DNA of 64,000 bases from Cyanophora paradoxa CCMP329 (lineage: Eukaryota; Plantae; Glaucophyta). The stretch is from the NCBI GenBank assembly GCA_004431415.1, contig QPMI01000489.1, positions 55,710-119,709 on the forward strand. Direction: 5' to 3'. The translations under genes and the position numbers were made by a program. Under the pieces are notes generated by a model. It was given only the letters and a program-made list of their open reading frames with translations. It was not told where the DNA came from and ran no database searches. The first letter of the stretch is position 1; each line of letters begins with the position of its first letter. Shown here piece after piece: positions 13,052-24,661 of this stretch.

Positions 13052-13621
13052 GGCGCGAGGGGCCCGGCCCGGCCCGCGTGAGGCGCGCGTGAGGCGTCGG
13101 CTCGAGGGGCCTGCGCCCTTGAGTGCTTCTCAATTATAATATAAGCCCCTTCTTCCTTAATTTTCAGATCCTTTGCAATTGTGTGATATATAGCAAATCA
13201 GTCCGATTTCGAATCCGTCGGAGGCGCGCGTGAGGCGCGAGGGGCCCGGCCCGGCCCGGCCCGGCGCCCGGCGCTCTTCTTCGTCCTCTTCAAATCCGTT
13301 CATATAATAATAATCACGCGGAGGCGGGAGTGGGGCGCTGTCGTGAGGCGCGGGGGGCCTCGCGCCCCGCATGTCTTAGTGCTTAATCCTTTTCAGACCC
13401 GCTCATGTAATAATCAGTCCGATTTCGAATTCAATCGGGTTTATAATAACGCTTGGGGTTGATCAATCGAATCCTCCGCGGCGTGAGGCGATAGATCATC
13501 GGATAGATGTTTTGTTCTCGATCGCGCGGGCCCGGGGTTCTCGGCAGCGTCAGGTTTGCGCAAACGAGCGGGGCATATGCATGCATATGCATTGGGCGAT
13601 CTTCGAATTGTCGTTTTTCAT

Positions 13622-14041
13622 CTACAGCTGCAGGGACGAGCCGGCGTCGACGTTGCGTTGACGCACCCGCCGGCGCGATCGGCGGAATTTCTTCTCGAAA
13701 TGTTCGGCGCGCTCGCGGTCGTACCCCCGCGGGCCCTCCATGGTTTCCATCCACGAGTAGGGAGCCACAAACCAGACCACCATAATGCTGATCACCATGG
13801 CCAGGTAAGAGGCCAGGAAACGACAGAATTCGAAGAAGCCTACTAGGCTACAGGCAGCGCACTGTTTGATGCCCCTCTGTACGGGGCCGGCGCGGTGCAC
13901 TGCGTCGTCGTGGCAGTAGAGTGTCCCGTTGGCGAGAAGCTCGAACTTGACCCCCCATCTGGTCACGAGGGCCCACGGGCCGGGACGGGGTAACGTGAGA
14001 CGTCGACCCGGCGAGGAAAAGGGGCAGAGGGGCTCGATCAC
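13622..14041 (-). CDS. Possible small membrane protein (exon fragment)
   Basis: Hydrophobic stretch FLASYLAMVISIMVVWFVAPY followed by a basic tail; no family recognised. Confidence 0.25.
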   Translation of the reverse strand: MIEPLCPFSSPGRRLTLPRPGPWALVTRWGVKFELLANGTLYCHDDAVHRAGPVQRGIKQCAACSLVGFFEFCRFLASYLAMVISIMVVWFVAPYSWMETMEGPRGYDRERAEHFEKKFRRSRRRVRQRNVDAGSSLQL

Positions 14042-16077
14042 CCCGCGGGGCCCTTTATGTGAAGGCCGAAGTTCTGCGAAACGGAGGAAGGAACCGCTCG
14101 ATCATGATCATGAAGGCTGCCGCGGCCGCGGGCGTTCGACCTCGCCGAGTCGTGCCACGAGGGGGCCTACGCCACTTACCACGAATTCGGTGTGCCCCCC
14201 CTGCGATTGGAAAAACAAGGGCCGGTGAGGATATCGTGTGGGGGGGGAAGGGGTGGGATCCCGGATGGACGCTTATGGGGGAAGGGAGGGAGTGGGGGCG
14301 GGGGAGGGGGGGGGGTATATGCCTCGTAATCGCTGCCAGAGTTGAGCCACAGAATGATGCCCGTGCGTCGCTGGCGGCCATCGCCGTAGCTGCGGGGGGT
14401 GCAGCTCATGATCAGGCGCAGCCTGGCAGATCAATTATAAAAAATAGCTTAAGCTTGGATCATCGGATTCACATATATAGATAGAGCGCTATAGCATATC
14501 ATCATGGCATAATACTGTATACGTAGTAAACGATACGATACGATATGGCGCACTCACGATACCACTCGGTGCAGTCGTCGAGGCAGCAGGCGTCGTTGTG
14601 ATATCTATCCGCGAATACCACTTTTGAATCCGATGCATTGTATCTGCCGGTTCAACGGTTGCAATTTGCAATCGCAAGCTTATAATTAGGCCCAAGGCCG
14701 AGGGCGATCGCGGTACTACCGGGTACACGAAAGTTAATTTCTATAACATGTATATACGTACAGGAGTGGTCACGAATGAATTGCAATTGGTTGTATATAT
14801 GTATACCTAAGTTGAAATTAAGAATCCGCCTTAGAAAGTTGAGATATAGAAATCGATATATACAAGGCTAGATATATAAAATTTCGAATTCAAAGACTAT
14901 TATCTCATGATCGATCATTAATTAATTGGCGCCGGCGTCGATCGCGAGGCTCTGAGGAATTTAATCGAAATTTCATCGCGCGCGCCGCCTGGGCGCACGT
15001 CAGGTACTTGACGCCGCGGCTCAACAGATCCTCGTATTTGTAAGTGGGGCCGAGGCGCTCCACGATCTTTTCGAGCGCTGCACGCGACTTTGGATGCAGG
15101 GCGGGGTCTGCCGGCGCCGATCGATAAATTGAACACCTCGTCATGATCAAGAGCGCGGCGGCGCGGCGCGGCAAGCGAGCTCGAGGGCAGCGCCTGCGAA
15201 CCGTGCGGTCTGATGTTGTAGCGGAGGCCAGCGCTAGCCTCGTCGAACTCGGCCCCGTTCAGGAGATGATCCACATCGTCGGCGTCCAAGTGGGATGTGA
15301 TCATGATCAGCCGGCGCCCGGCGAGATGATCCCAAAGGAGATGATGTGATCATGATCAGCCGGCGCCCGGCGAGACTCATGATCAGAGCGCGGGCGCCAC
15401 TTGTTAATAGTTAGCGCCCGGCGGCCGGCGCCGGCGCCGCTTAAGCTTTAGCTTGCTATATATGTATATATATAGCTATCATGCTATACTATGATACCGG
15501 TACCGGTACCACTTTATCCATGATCATTGAATTTTGAGCGCCGCCCGCGCCAGCGCTTAAGCTTGGATCGATGTCGGGAATTGTCACGAACGCTCAGCGG
15601 CTCATGCCGCGCGCGGCCGTTCAAACTATATATTGATGTATGGAAAATATCCCGTACTTGCCATGATCATGATCATGAGCGATGACGACGCACGCGTCGA
15701 GAAGCATAAGACCAAGAAGGAGGAGCGCGCCGCAGCTGCAGTTGCGCATGCAGCGGCCGCACGTGTATTCGCCGGCAGTGTTAACGTTCATGATAATGTG
15801 CGTGTACCGTAGTACGCGTACGCGTATACGTACTACGTATACTATGGTTCACCAAGCCAAGTAGGCCGCAGGCGCCCGCGGCTCGGCCCGGCGGCGGCGG
15901 CGGGCCCCGGGGCAGTGCCACGGTGCTACGGTATGCGGCGGTATGAGCAGCCGCGCCGCGGTGACTCGCCGAGTCGCCCGGCGGCCGGCCCGGCGGTCCG
16001 GTACGGTACCGGTGAGGCTGCGGAATTCCGCGGCCGGAGGCTGCGCATGCAGCCTGCAGCTGCAGGCTGCAGCGCTA

Positions 16078-16339
16078 CCGTGTGGCACTAAATTACCGCG
16101 GCATAAATTACCGCGTTAAAAACTCCGGCCCGAGGGTGGCCAAAATACCGCGGTACCAAATTACCGCGTTTTAAAAAACTTGAGTCTTGTATGGGGCGGT
16201 AATTGTGGGGGGTACTGTATGGAGCAACTTGACTGCAGCTTATTACCACGGTACCAAATTACCGCGTTTTAACAAATTCTCGGCGCGGTAATTTGGTACC
16301 GCGGTAATTAAGTGGGCGCGGTATTATAGTGCCACACGG
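16078..16339. mobile_element. MITE with TA target duplication (Tc1/mariner/pogo-type ends)
   Basis: TA|CCGTGTGGCACTAAATTACCGCG ... CGCGGTATTATAGTGCCACACGG|TA (21/23 TIR match), with internal AAATTACCGCG repeats. Confidence 0.7.
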
Positions 16340-18091
16340 TAGCGGCAGTGCAGCGGCACTGCAGCCTGGCCGCCGGGCACAGCCGCACTGTGGGCCAGTC
16401 TGTGGCCCGCCGTAGACGTAGAAAAGTTCGTCGAGACTTAATTTCGACAAAACCCGAAAATCGTGACGTCGACGAAAATATGGTTCGACAGCATCATAAT
16501 TTCGTCAGCGGCCAGCCGCCGCCAGCCCCGCGACTTCGCCATAGACGGGTCAGCCGCTAGTACCCTTCTCCATACAAAAATCCCGTTCAAGAGTATCAAA
16601 TATTAATATTCGTCAAAGTGCAGGTCTGATCATGACGAATATAGACGAAATAAAGACGCTGTCGAAGATTCCGAAGTTCCTACGTTTACAGTACCGTACT
16701 ATGATAGTCTAGCAGATCTAGATTATATATAGAACTAGTACTACTAGTTAGCCTAGTAGTAGCTCAAAGAAAAGTAAGGATGGTACTAAGAGCCTTGAAG
16801 CTGCCGCCTGGGAGCCAAAGACTCTGTCTGAGACTTGGTACAGCTAGGGGTCCGACGGTCCACCGGGTCGCCTTCAACCTTCGGCTCAAGCCAAGCCAAG
16901 CCCGGGGCTCTCGCGGTCAAGCCAAGCCAAGCCGGTCGACCGGCCGGCCCAAGGGCTAGCGCTTGGGCTCCCGGCGGGGTCAAGCCCTTGGCCGGGCTTG
17001 CGGCAAGCCTGAGGGGGGGTACCCTTCCGCATGCCCTTAACAAAAGCTTATAGCTATAGCTTATATAATTATTAGCTTAAAGCTTGGCGCTGTAGCGAAA
17101 TGCTTATTTCGCCTCGAATTCGAAAGAAACACGCGTACGCGTACGTGTACATCTAATCGAGCTCAAGATCAAGAGGGCTAGCTATAGCGCACGCGCCCGC
17201 GGCCGGCGCCGGCGTCGCGTCGGTGCCGGCGCCGGCGCCAGTGAATTCGAATTCGAAGGTGCACGCGTACGTGATATGGATATATAGCGAATTCAAATTA
17301 TAATTACGGAAATCTGTACCAGTACTAGTACTAGTGTTGAGAACCGTTTGAACTTCGGAAGATGAGAAGCACAGGGCGCCGCGGCCGCGGCCGGCGCCGC
17401 CGGGCCGGGGACCGTCGGACCAGCTGCAGGTGATGGGCTTGCCGTCTGCAGCTGCTTCGTCCGACGGTCGGCGCCGCGCCGCGCTAGCGCTGGCTCTGCT
17501 TCGAATTCGAATTCGAATTCAATGATTCGAGCTTCGATCGTACGCGTCGTCTGCACGATCTTAAGCTTGCTCTTGGGCGGCATGCCGCTCAGCGGCTGGC
17601 CTTAAGATTGCGAACGCAGGCTTCCGAGTTCGGCCCCCCCTCCCGGCCCCCAGTGCCCCCCACGTGCACCCCGGCCCCCGCCCCTTCCAGGGCTTGAGCC
17701 GGCTTAAGCTTGAGCCGGCCAAAAGCCGGGCAAGGGCTTGACCCCCCAGCCCGGCTCAATTGCAAGGGCTTGGCTCAAGGGCTTGACTGCAAGCCGCAGG
17801 CCTAGGACCAGGGGATCTTGGGGCGCGAAGCGTCCTTCCTGATCGAGACGCCCGCGCCGCGAAACGTCACTACGTATACTAGACTATTACTACTAATTTA
17901 CTAGTACACGTACAGGAAAATTTCCGAGTTCAGTAGGTCAGCCTTCGCTAGGCCGGCGCCCGTGCCAGGCTGTGAAAGCCTTTTGAAGCCTGTGATCACT
18001 GATCATCCGGTCCTAGCTAGCTATGCGCCGCGGCGCCGGCGCGCAGTTGCGGGCCGTGCCAGTGTGGATATACTTTCACCGCGACACGCAT

Positions 18092-18523
18092 ATGGCGAGC
18101 GTCCGCCCGTCGCCAGCGCTAAGCTCGCTCAGGCCGCTGGCCTTCCTCGTATCCGCCTTGGCCTTGGTCGTGTCTGTCGGATGCCTAGGCCTGTCGGACA
18201 CGTGCGCGGCGAGCTCGGCCCCCACTGCCGCCGCAGCCGGCCGGGGGGACCTCTCCAGCTCCGGATCCACTCTTTTCGACAAGCTTCAGCTCGCGTCCAT
18301 GTACATGTGCGCCGCGACCGACGTCGTCGACATGTACATCGATGCCGGCGGCGCGGGCGCATGCAGGCCCGACCGCGATCGCGAGCCAATGTTGTTCACC
18401 GACCGCACGAGCACCTCCAATCGCGGACACGTGCACGATCGCGAGCTCGAGCTCGCCACTCATATGCATGAATTCGAACGCGCCGACCTAAAAGGCACGT
18501 ACCGTCACGGCCGCCGGGCGTAG
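18092..18523 (+). CDS. Possible secreted or membrane host protein fragment
   Basis: MASVRPS..LAFLVSALALVVSVGCLG signal-like N-terminus; the remainder is unrecognised. Confidence 0.25.
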   Translation: MASVRPSPALSSLRPLAFLVSALALVVSVGCLGLSDTCAASSAPTAAAAGRGDLSSSGSTLFDKLQLASMYMCAATDVVDMYIDAGGAGACRPDRDREPMLFTDRTSTSNRGHVHDRELELATHMHEFERADLKGTYRHGRRA

Positions 18524-19290
18524 TACCGTAGTACGTATAATTATATAAGTTTTTTCCACAAAGCCCATATCAAGGGCAGAAGTCTTATTCCAGAACAGCT
18601 GCAGTACGAAGCTGTATACGTACTACCAGTGTAGGCATAGCTTGCGCTGTAGCTAGGCTGTAATTTAAGTTGCACACTTTGCACCAGCGTTTATGCAGCT
18701 TTAATTATAAATTTACTATATTTGACAACGCACTTGCAACTTATCATGCATCAATATTGTAATCCGATGATCGTTTCGAATTTCCCTGCAATTCAATTCG
18801 AAATCATGACAACGACCCGCCGCAGCTTCGAATTCGAGGCCTGCCTCCGCCCGATCCGCTGCCAAGCTTCGGACAAGGGACTCGCGATCGGCTTCCGTCC
18901 GCGTCGCGGCACGCTCACCGTCGGTCCTCTGGAACTTCCCCGGCGGCGACAAGCGTGTACGTAGGCTTCGTACCGTCAACGACCCCCAGTGCACTTGCGA
19001 CCAGGAATTAATCTCGAACCCACGTGCACCGACTCCCGAAGGATTGTTCGTACACTATTTCGAGTTCTATATATATGTGGGCTCTTGCCAAAGGTCGAGC
19101 TCTCGAGCTTGCCCTTTCGCTGTCAATGCATTGTTAACCCTCGGAGGTTCGATGAGTCACGCGTCACGGAGGTTACATTGTTATATTGCATTCAGGGAGG
19201 CAGGGGACTAACACGTCTGACGTACCCCCCCCCCAGGCCTCCCAGCCTCTAACCCTCTCGCGCGCTAACTGAATGCTGTACCCCCTGCTG

Positions 19291-20031
19291 TTACTGCCCG
19301 AACCTTCCGAACTTGCGTAATTCGGCCTCGCCCTGTACCCAGTGGCTGGTGTCGTCCATCCATTCACGTACCTCCCTCTGACGCTTGAGTGAGTCACGCT
19401 GCTCGGGGGTAGGGGAGGGGGGGCCTTCGAGGCGGGGTGGGGAAGGGGGTACGGTGGCAAAATTCAGCCACTCGGGGGGTATGCCAAATTCGCCGTGAAC
19501 GATCCTCTGCGGTGTGAAATACCGGTCGCTGCTCACGGCCAAGTGGAAGAACGCGCTCCTGAGCCCGGAGAGGAAGCGTGGTTGCATGAATGGCTGCTGG
19601 AGGGACTCGTCGCGCCAGGGGGCTACGAAATCAATGATACGCTGCTGTACCTGCGCGGGCAGGGCAAGGATCTGGCTCTTGCGGTTCGCAAAGGCCGTCC
19701 ATAGGGCTTTCAGGTCCGCCCAATCGCCGTTCAGATCCCTGCGTTCGCGCCTCAGGTACGATCTCGGGTTCTCTGTCATACCCATCAAGCCCGCGGCCCT
19801 GATCATCTCCCTGTCCGGGAGCTCTCGCTCGTCGTGGAATTCGTCTCTCATCCAGCGCACAAGGTAGAGCACGCGCTCCATGAAGTTCTCCGCCGGCGAG
19901 CCGCCCCCTGAGGACGTGCGCCTCCCCTCCAGCACTGCGTTCGCATCCTCCAAGTCCACGTTCCGCTGACGAATCTCCCCGTCCAGGTCGCCGTTGTTGT
20001 ACAGCACGTCGGACTCGCGTGTTCGCGCCAT
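19291..20031 (-). CDS. Hypothetical viral protein, paralog of 20070-20784
   Basis: Intronless 246-aa ORF; SPAENFMERVLYLVRWMRDEF and KSQILALPAQVQQRIIDF align by eye with the neighbouring ORF. Confidence 0.6.
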   Translation of the reverse strand: MARTRESDVLYNNGDLDGEIRQRNVDLEDANAVLEGRRTSSGGGSPAENFMERVLYLVRWMRDEFHDERELPDREMIRAAGLMGMTENPRSYLRRERRDLNGDWADLKALWTAFANRKSQILALPAQVQQRIIDFVAPWRDESLQQPFMQPRFLSGLRSAFFHLAVSSDRYFTPQRIVHGEFGIPPEWLNFATVPPSPPRLEGPPSPTPEQRDSLKRQREVREWMDDTSHWVQGEAELRKFGRFGQ

Positions 20032-20069
20032 GCTTGCGGCTCACTGAGAATATCTATCTGTACCCCCAA

Positions 20070-20784
20070 TCACGTCCATCTCCACGTCAAGCGATTATTC
20101 TCGAAAACGGGGTACGCCTCCTCCTCTGGGGGTATAGTGCCGACCTTTGGCTCGCCCGGCAGACGGTTTCGATCGTCCTGCAGCCAGTCGCGCAGCCGCT
20201 TGCGCTCGTTGACGGGGGGCCTCGAGTCGAAGGGGGATACGTAGGCGGGGGGCGGGGTGGGGCGGGCGGAAGCTCTTGCCAGCTCCGGGGTACGAGCTCG
20301 CGTGGAATCTCGAGCTCCGTGTACCGTGAGCCGTCGTACTGCCGGACACCGCCTTCGCCTGTACGCATGTACCACTGTATCTCATTTCGAAGCCCATTGA
20401 TCACATCGCCTTCGCGCCCGTCTCTACCTGCGAGTAAGAAGTTCATGATCTTCAACCTGGCCTCGTTCGGCAGACGCGCCACGCGGCTTCTAGGCGACAT
20501 CAGCGCCACGTACAGGGACGTAAGCACACTGCTGAAGTCCCAGTTCCGATCATAGGATGGGGGGCGAGCCTCACGGTATCCCGCAGCCCCTGGGATGCAA
20601 CAGGGGCTAGCCCCCTTAGCGGGAAGGACGACATTCCTATCTGATTTCGCATCCCCTCCTTGAATTTATCTCGGATCCAATGTGCCAAGCCCCTTACACG
20701 AGTCAGGAACTCTTCGGGGCTCGAATCTTCGTCCATATGCACGACCGGGTCCGAATCTTCGTCATCGGGCATTTGCAATTGCAC
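20070..20784 (-). pseudogene. Frameshifted paralog of 19291-20031 (breaks may be sequencing errors)
   Basis: Pieces in three overlapping ORFs: SSPEEFLTRVRGLAHWIRDKF / RSRVARLPNEARLKIMNF..PRSWQELPPAPPRPP / NERKRLRDWLQD. Confidence 0.5.
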
Positions 20785-20822
20785 ACATCAAGAAATTCTA
20801 AACGCTACTGCGAGGCTAAGCC

Positions 20823-21479
20823 ATGCATACCGATACAGATTGCGAGACTTTGCAACAGGGGAGCGCGGCGTGGCACGCGGCGCGCCGTGAAAAACTAACT
20901 GCATCTAATTTTGCGGCTGCGTGTGGTATAAATCCCTGGAAATCCAGGGCCCGCCTCTGGGCGGAGCTAAGCGGCATAGCGGAGGAAAACAACTTCGACA
21001 ACCCTGCGCTAACCTACGGACACGACTACGAGCCGCTCGCGGTCTCTCTCTACAAGGCACTGAACGATAACGTTGACATTAAACATACTGGACTGCACGA
21101 ACATAAGGAGCTGCCCTTCCTGGCGGGAAGCCCGGACGGGTTAATCGGAAACGATCGCATCCTCGAAATAAAGGCGCCCTACAAACAAGAACTCTATGAC
21201 AAGGTTCCTACCTATTACATGACGCAGCTGCAAGGACTTTTAGACATAACGGGCCGCGAGTGGGCCGAACTTTTTTGCTTCACGCCTCTGCGCGTGCAAA
21301 CGTGGTACGTCAGACGGGACGAGAGGTACATCGAGCTCATGCGGCAGTGCTTACAGCTATTTTGGATGCACATCAAGGCGGGGACTCCGCCCGAGCCCTA
21401 CAGCGATCGAATGAAGTCGGAGGACCTGAGCGAGGAGCAGGCGGCCCTCCGGGCCTTTAAGTTGTACGCCCTCCTCTAG
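20823..21479 (+). CDS. YqaJ/lambda-exonuclease family viral recombinase-nuclease
   Basis: QQGSAAWHAARREKLTASNF, YGHDYEP, FLAGSPDGLI, LEIKAP, YYMTQLQGLL. Confidence 0.92.
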   Translation: MHTDTDCETLQQGSAAWHAARREKLTASNFAAACGINPWKSRARLWAELSGIAEENNFDNPALTYGHDYEPLAVSLYKALNDNVDIKHTGLHEHKELPFLAGSPDGLIGNDRILEIKAPYKQELYDKVPTYYMTQLQGLLDITGREWAELFCFTPLRVQTWYVRRDERYIELMRQCLQLFWMHIKAGTPPEPYSDRMKSEDLSEEQAALRAFKLYALL

Positions 21480-21672
21480 TGTCCGGACCTTTCCGATACT
21501 CTATATGATTATTGGGAGGGTCCGGACACATCTCCTGGGCGGACTACTTCTGTCCCAGGCCCTCGTAAGACTATTACCCATATTCCAATGACCCCGGACA
21601 GCGCTTCGTCGGACTAGGTAGTGTCCGGACCTTTCCGATAATCTATATGATTCTCGAGAGGGTCCGGACACT
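21479..21672. repeat. Two ~51-bp imperfect palindromes GTGTCCGGACC..GGTCCGGACAC
   Basis: Copies at 21479-21529 and 21620-21672; a third, inverted copy at 54408-54458. Confidence 0.85.
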
Positions 21673-21779
21673 GATTTTGGAACGCCATCTGTACATGCTC
21701 GACATTGCAAATCGATTGAGCTCAAGTGGGCGCACGACTCGTGTAAATTTGACAGACATCTCAAAGATCGGATCTAGAT

Positions 21780-23188
21780 CTAGATACGCCTGTGAACCAA
21801 CGAGTAGCAATCGCGAAAGACGGTGTACACCTCCGAAATACTCGGGGCTGCGCCTAGCGCCGCGAATGCAGCACCCTGCTGCGCCTGCCGCTCGACTGCA
21901 TCCTCAAATATGTCCTCCTTCCACGTGACGTATCTGCGCTTGCGATGTCCCAGCTGCCCGCCGTCCTCTTCGCTGAAAACGCGCCTCACTCCCATGTACT
22001 TTTCGAGCAGGTACTTGATCACTTGCCAGCACTGCTGCGAGAGCTTCTTTTGCTGTTCGGTCGTAGCATCCAAGCGAGGGCAACGCTCATCCAAACTCTG
22101 CAGTGCCGCATAGGCCTCCCGACCGTCTGCGGAGGCGAGCGCCTCGTAGGCCTCCTTCGACCAGAGGACGCGCCCCACCAGCTTGCCGTACCCCTTCCAA
22201 CCGAACAATTTCTTGAAAAGCGACACGATCTTAGAAACCTTTAGGCGCTCCGTCGAAGGCACGATCTCTTCAAGGGGCATGTCGTATTTCAGCACCAGGT
22301 GGATCGTCGCCTTCAGCGGAATCGAGTACATCGTGCTCCACATCCAAGAGACGTCATCCTCGGTCAGCTCGTCGGAACTCTTAACGAGAAATGCAGCGAC
22401 AGCTGCCCGAGTGAGCGACAGCAACTTAGCGGACTCGAGCTGCGCAAGAGATTCGCGGGATTTCCTCCACTCTTGGACGAGGTCGTTGAGCGCGGCTGGG
22501 CCGAGGACACCGGCGTTCAGCACGCTCTCGATCTCTCGCTTCTGCCTCGCCCGCTCTTGGGCAGGTGCATTCGATCCTTGGTCCTCCGTGATTAGCACAT
22601 TCATCCACGGGCAGGTAGAGAGGAGCCGAAGTCGAGCGGCGACAGCAAGGCGGCGGGTCGGCATGCCGGCTCGCCGAGTGCCGTGGTGAATTGCTTTCAG
22701 ATCCAGAAAGCGCTGCGCGTCTGCATCGTCGCTCCCGTCACTCTCGTGCCAGTGCCCGATTGCCTTCTGCACCTGCACTTGCGGTGTACGATTCTTGCGG
22801 ACGGCAACGAGCAGGTGCTCCCCCCCTGGCGGATCGCCCTGAAGCTGCTCGCGCAGAGCTCTCGCTCGAAACAGCAGCTGCACGATGTCTTCGGACTCCA
22901 GCTGTGCGGGCTCCACGTGGAAGATGCCGTAAATTTTGTCGAAGTGCGCTTCGGGAAAATCAACGCCTGCCCCGAGCGCAGATGTAGCGATCAGCACGTC
23001 GCAAGCTTTATACGCTCCCTCTTCCGATAGATCGACGGGTGAGATGCGAACGGGCCCCTCCTTGATGAAGCGACAGCTCTTCTCCTTCGCCTGACCGACG
23101 ATCAAGCCAATCACGAAGGGTGAGGCAGACTCGTCGGCCCAATCGCGTGCCGATTCCTGCGCTTGCCTTGCTAGGCTCTCTGCAATCT
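21780..23188 (-). pseudogene. C-terminal piece of the interrupted UL9/origin-binding-protein-like SF2 helicase
   Basis: DVLIATSALGAGVDF..HFD..DIVQLLFRARAL (SF2 motifs V/VI of UL9 type). Joins the middle piece in frame (PAKAM-EIAES) once element A and one TSD copy are removed. Confidence 0.85.
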
Positions 23189-23193
23189 CCATT

Positions 23194-23598
23194 AGCTCAG
23201 CACTGCGCCGTGTCTCCAAAAAAATACCCGCGAAAAAAATCAAAAACAAATCAGAAAACAAACCATTCCCAGTAACCCAATCTTGAATATCAGTAAATCT
23301 CAGTAAGCCTCAGTAACCAAAATTGAATTAATCGAAGTTATATCATAATCTCGATTAATTATATCTTATCGAAGTTATATCTTTTTTATGCGCCGTGTCT
23401 CCAAAACAATTCCCAAGAAAAACAAACCATTCCCAGTAACCCTATTCGTATTCAACAGTAATCTCAGTAAGCCTCAGTAACAAAAATCGAATTAATCGAA
23501 GTTATATCTTAAATCTTATTTATCGAAGTTATATCATAATCTCGATTAATTATATTTAATCGAAGTTATATCCTTTTCATCCGCCGTGTCTCCCATGA
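23194..23598 (+). repeat. Left TIR of element A
   Basis: Reverse complement of 34331-34734 with local mismatches; internal ~185-bp repeat units and 5 copies of ATCGAAGTTATATC. Confidence 0.93.
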
Positions 23599-23599
23599 T

Positions 23600-24661
23600 T
23601 TAGCGTTTCGTTAAACCACTTCTCAAATTGTATCTCCTCCGAATTACATTACTCCGATTGGGTTTTATGCCTTCTTTTGCTACCAATCGATTCACTTTAT
23701 TCGTTTTATTAACCTGCTGAATCCGTTTTTGTGATGGTATCTTAATGATATCATCTTTATTCACCTTTTGCAATTCTTGTTTCTTAAATCTCCTCTTCAC
23801 TTCTTTTGTTTCCTCACCATCATTATCTTCAAGCACTTTGAAACGATTCCTATCAGCCTTTGCAACAGTGTAGACCTTCTGACTGAATTGCGCACCTTCT
23901 TTTTCAAACAATCCCTTTGGTTGCAAAACTCGAACTGTGTCTCCTGGTTTCACTTGATTAGTATCAGCCTCCTTTACACGATTGTTGTGAACAGTATCCC
24001 TCATGTAAATAAATAACTGTTTATCTTCATTTGTATACACTGCATTTGGAGAGTCATTTTTCAATGCAGAATGGGGACTGCTATTATACAAGTCAATTAC
24101 ATCACTAAGTAGATCGATCCATTTCGTGGTTCCCTTTGCTGTCATCGATTTTCTGAGATACTGTTTGAAAGTCCTAGTGAACCTATCAATTATCCCCAGT
24201 TTATCTCCTACTGTGATGTGGTCATCCTTTGCCACATCTGTGTATAGCATTACACCATGTTCACTGCACCAATTTCGGTATACTGCCTGGGAAAACTCAT
24301 TATCCCCAGAGAGAGCATTAACTTTGCCTGCTTCTTGCTTGAACCTATTTAAAATGCTCGGGATCTCACTGCTGTTTTTAAAAGGATAAACAAATCCTTT
24401 GCGACTAAGTATGTCTACGAAACTAAGCATTTTGAAAATGCCATTGTTGGCAGTCTGAAACCCTCTGAAATATGTTATATCGATTTGAAACGATCTAGGC
24501 TTTGCCACTATGCGAAGAAACGATTTGGGTTTCCTTGGTTTCTTGTAAATTTGCTGGAGTTCTGAGTTTTTGAACTTCTTTTTCAACTCTTTTTCATCAA
24601 AACTCACTTTTTCATTAATCAGTTTCTGCCTATACTTTTTGAATGATAATACACTATCCAT
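23600..24661 (-). CDS. Retroviral-type (rve) integrase, Polinton-like
   Basis: FQIDITYF, FVDILSRKGF, SGDNEF, GIIDRFTRTFK, YNSSPHSAL..SP, and an SH3-like C-terminus (GDTVRV..FEKEG). Confidence 0.93.
   Translation of the reverse strand: MDSVLSFKKYRQKLINEKVSFDEKELKKKFKNSELQQIYKKPRKPKSFLRIVAKPRSFQIDITYFRGFQTANNGIFKMLSFVDILSRKGFVYPFKNSSEIPSILNRFKQEAGKVNALSGDNEFSQAVYRNWCSEHGVMLYTDVAKDDHITVGDKLGIIDRFTRTFKQYLRKSMTAKGTTKWIDLLSDVIDLYNSSPHSALKNDSPNAVYTNEDKQLFIYMRDTVHNNRVKEADTNQVKPGDTVRVLQPKGLFEKEGAQFSQKVYTVAKADRNRFKVLEDNDGEETKEVKRRFKKQELQKVNKDDIIKIPSQKRIQQVNKTNKVNRLVAKEGIKPNRSNVIRRRYNLRSGLTKR

Noticed and set aside
16410-16691. Second MITE (CCGTAGACGTAG...CTACGTTTACAG)
   Set aside because: The TIR match is short and imperfect, and the left TA duplication is missing.
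16844-17803. hAT-like non-autonomous element with CAAGCC subterminal repeats in inverted orientation
   Set aside because: Inverted subterminal repeats are visible, but I could not define TIRs or a convincing 8-bp TSD.
528-18500. Most long Pro/Arg/Gly-rich ORFs in the six-frame track, also at 55358-56683
   Set aside because: Shadow ORFs caused by high GC and intron read-through; the real coding signal lies in short exons.
1-18500. Naming the host species
   Set aside because: Intron style suggests a GC-rich protist or alga, but no marker gene is present in the window.
23331-23572. loxP-like sites (ATAACTTCG) in the TIRs of element A
   Set aside because: Only 9 bp match, the copies are direct rather than inverted around an 8-bp spacer, and no tyrosine recombinase is encoded.
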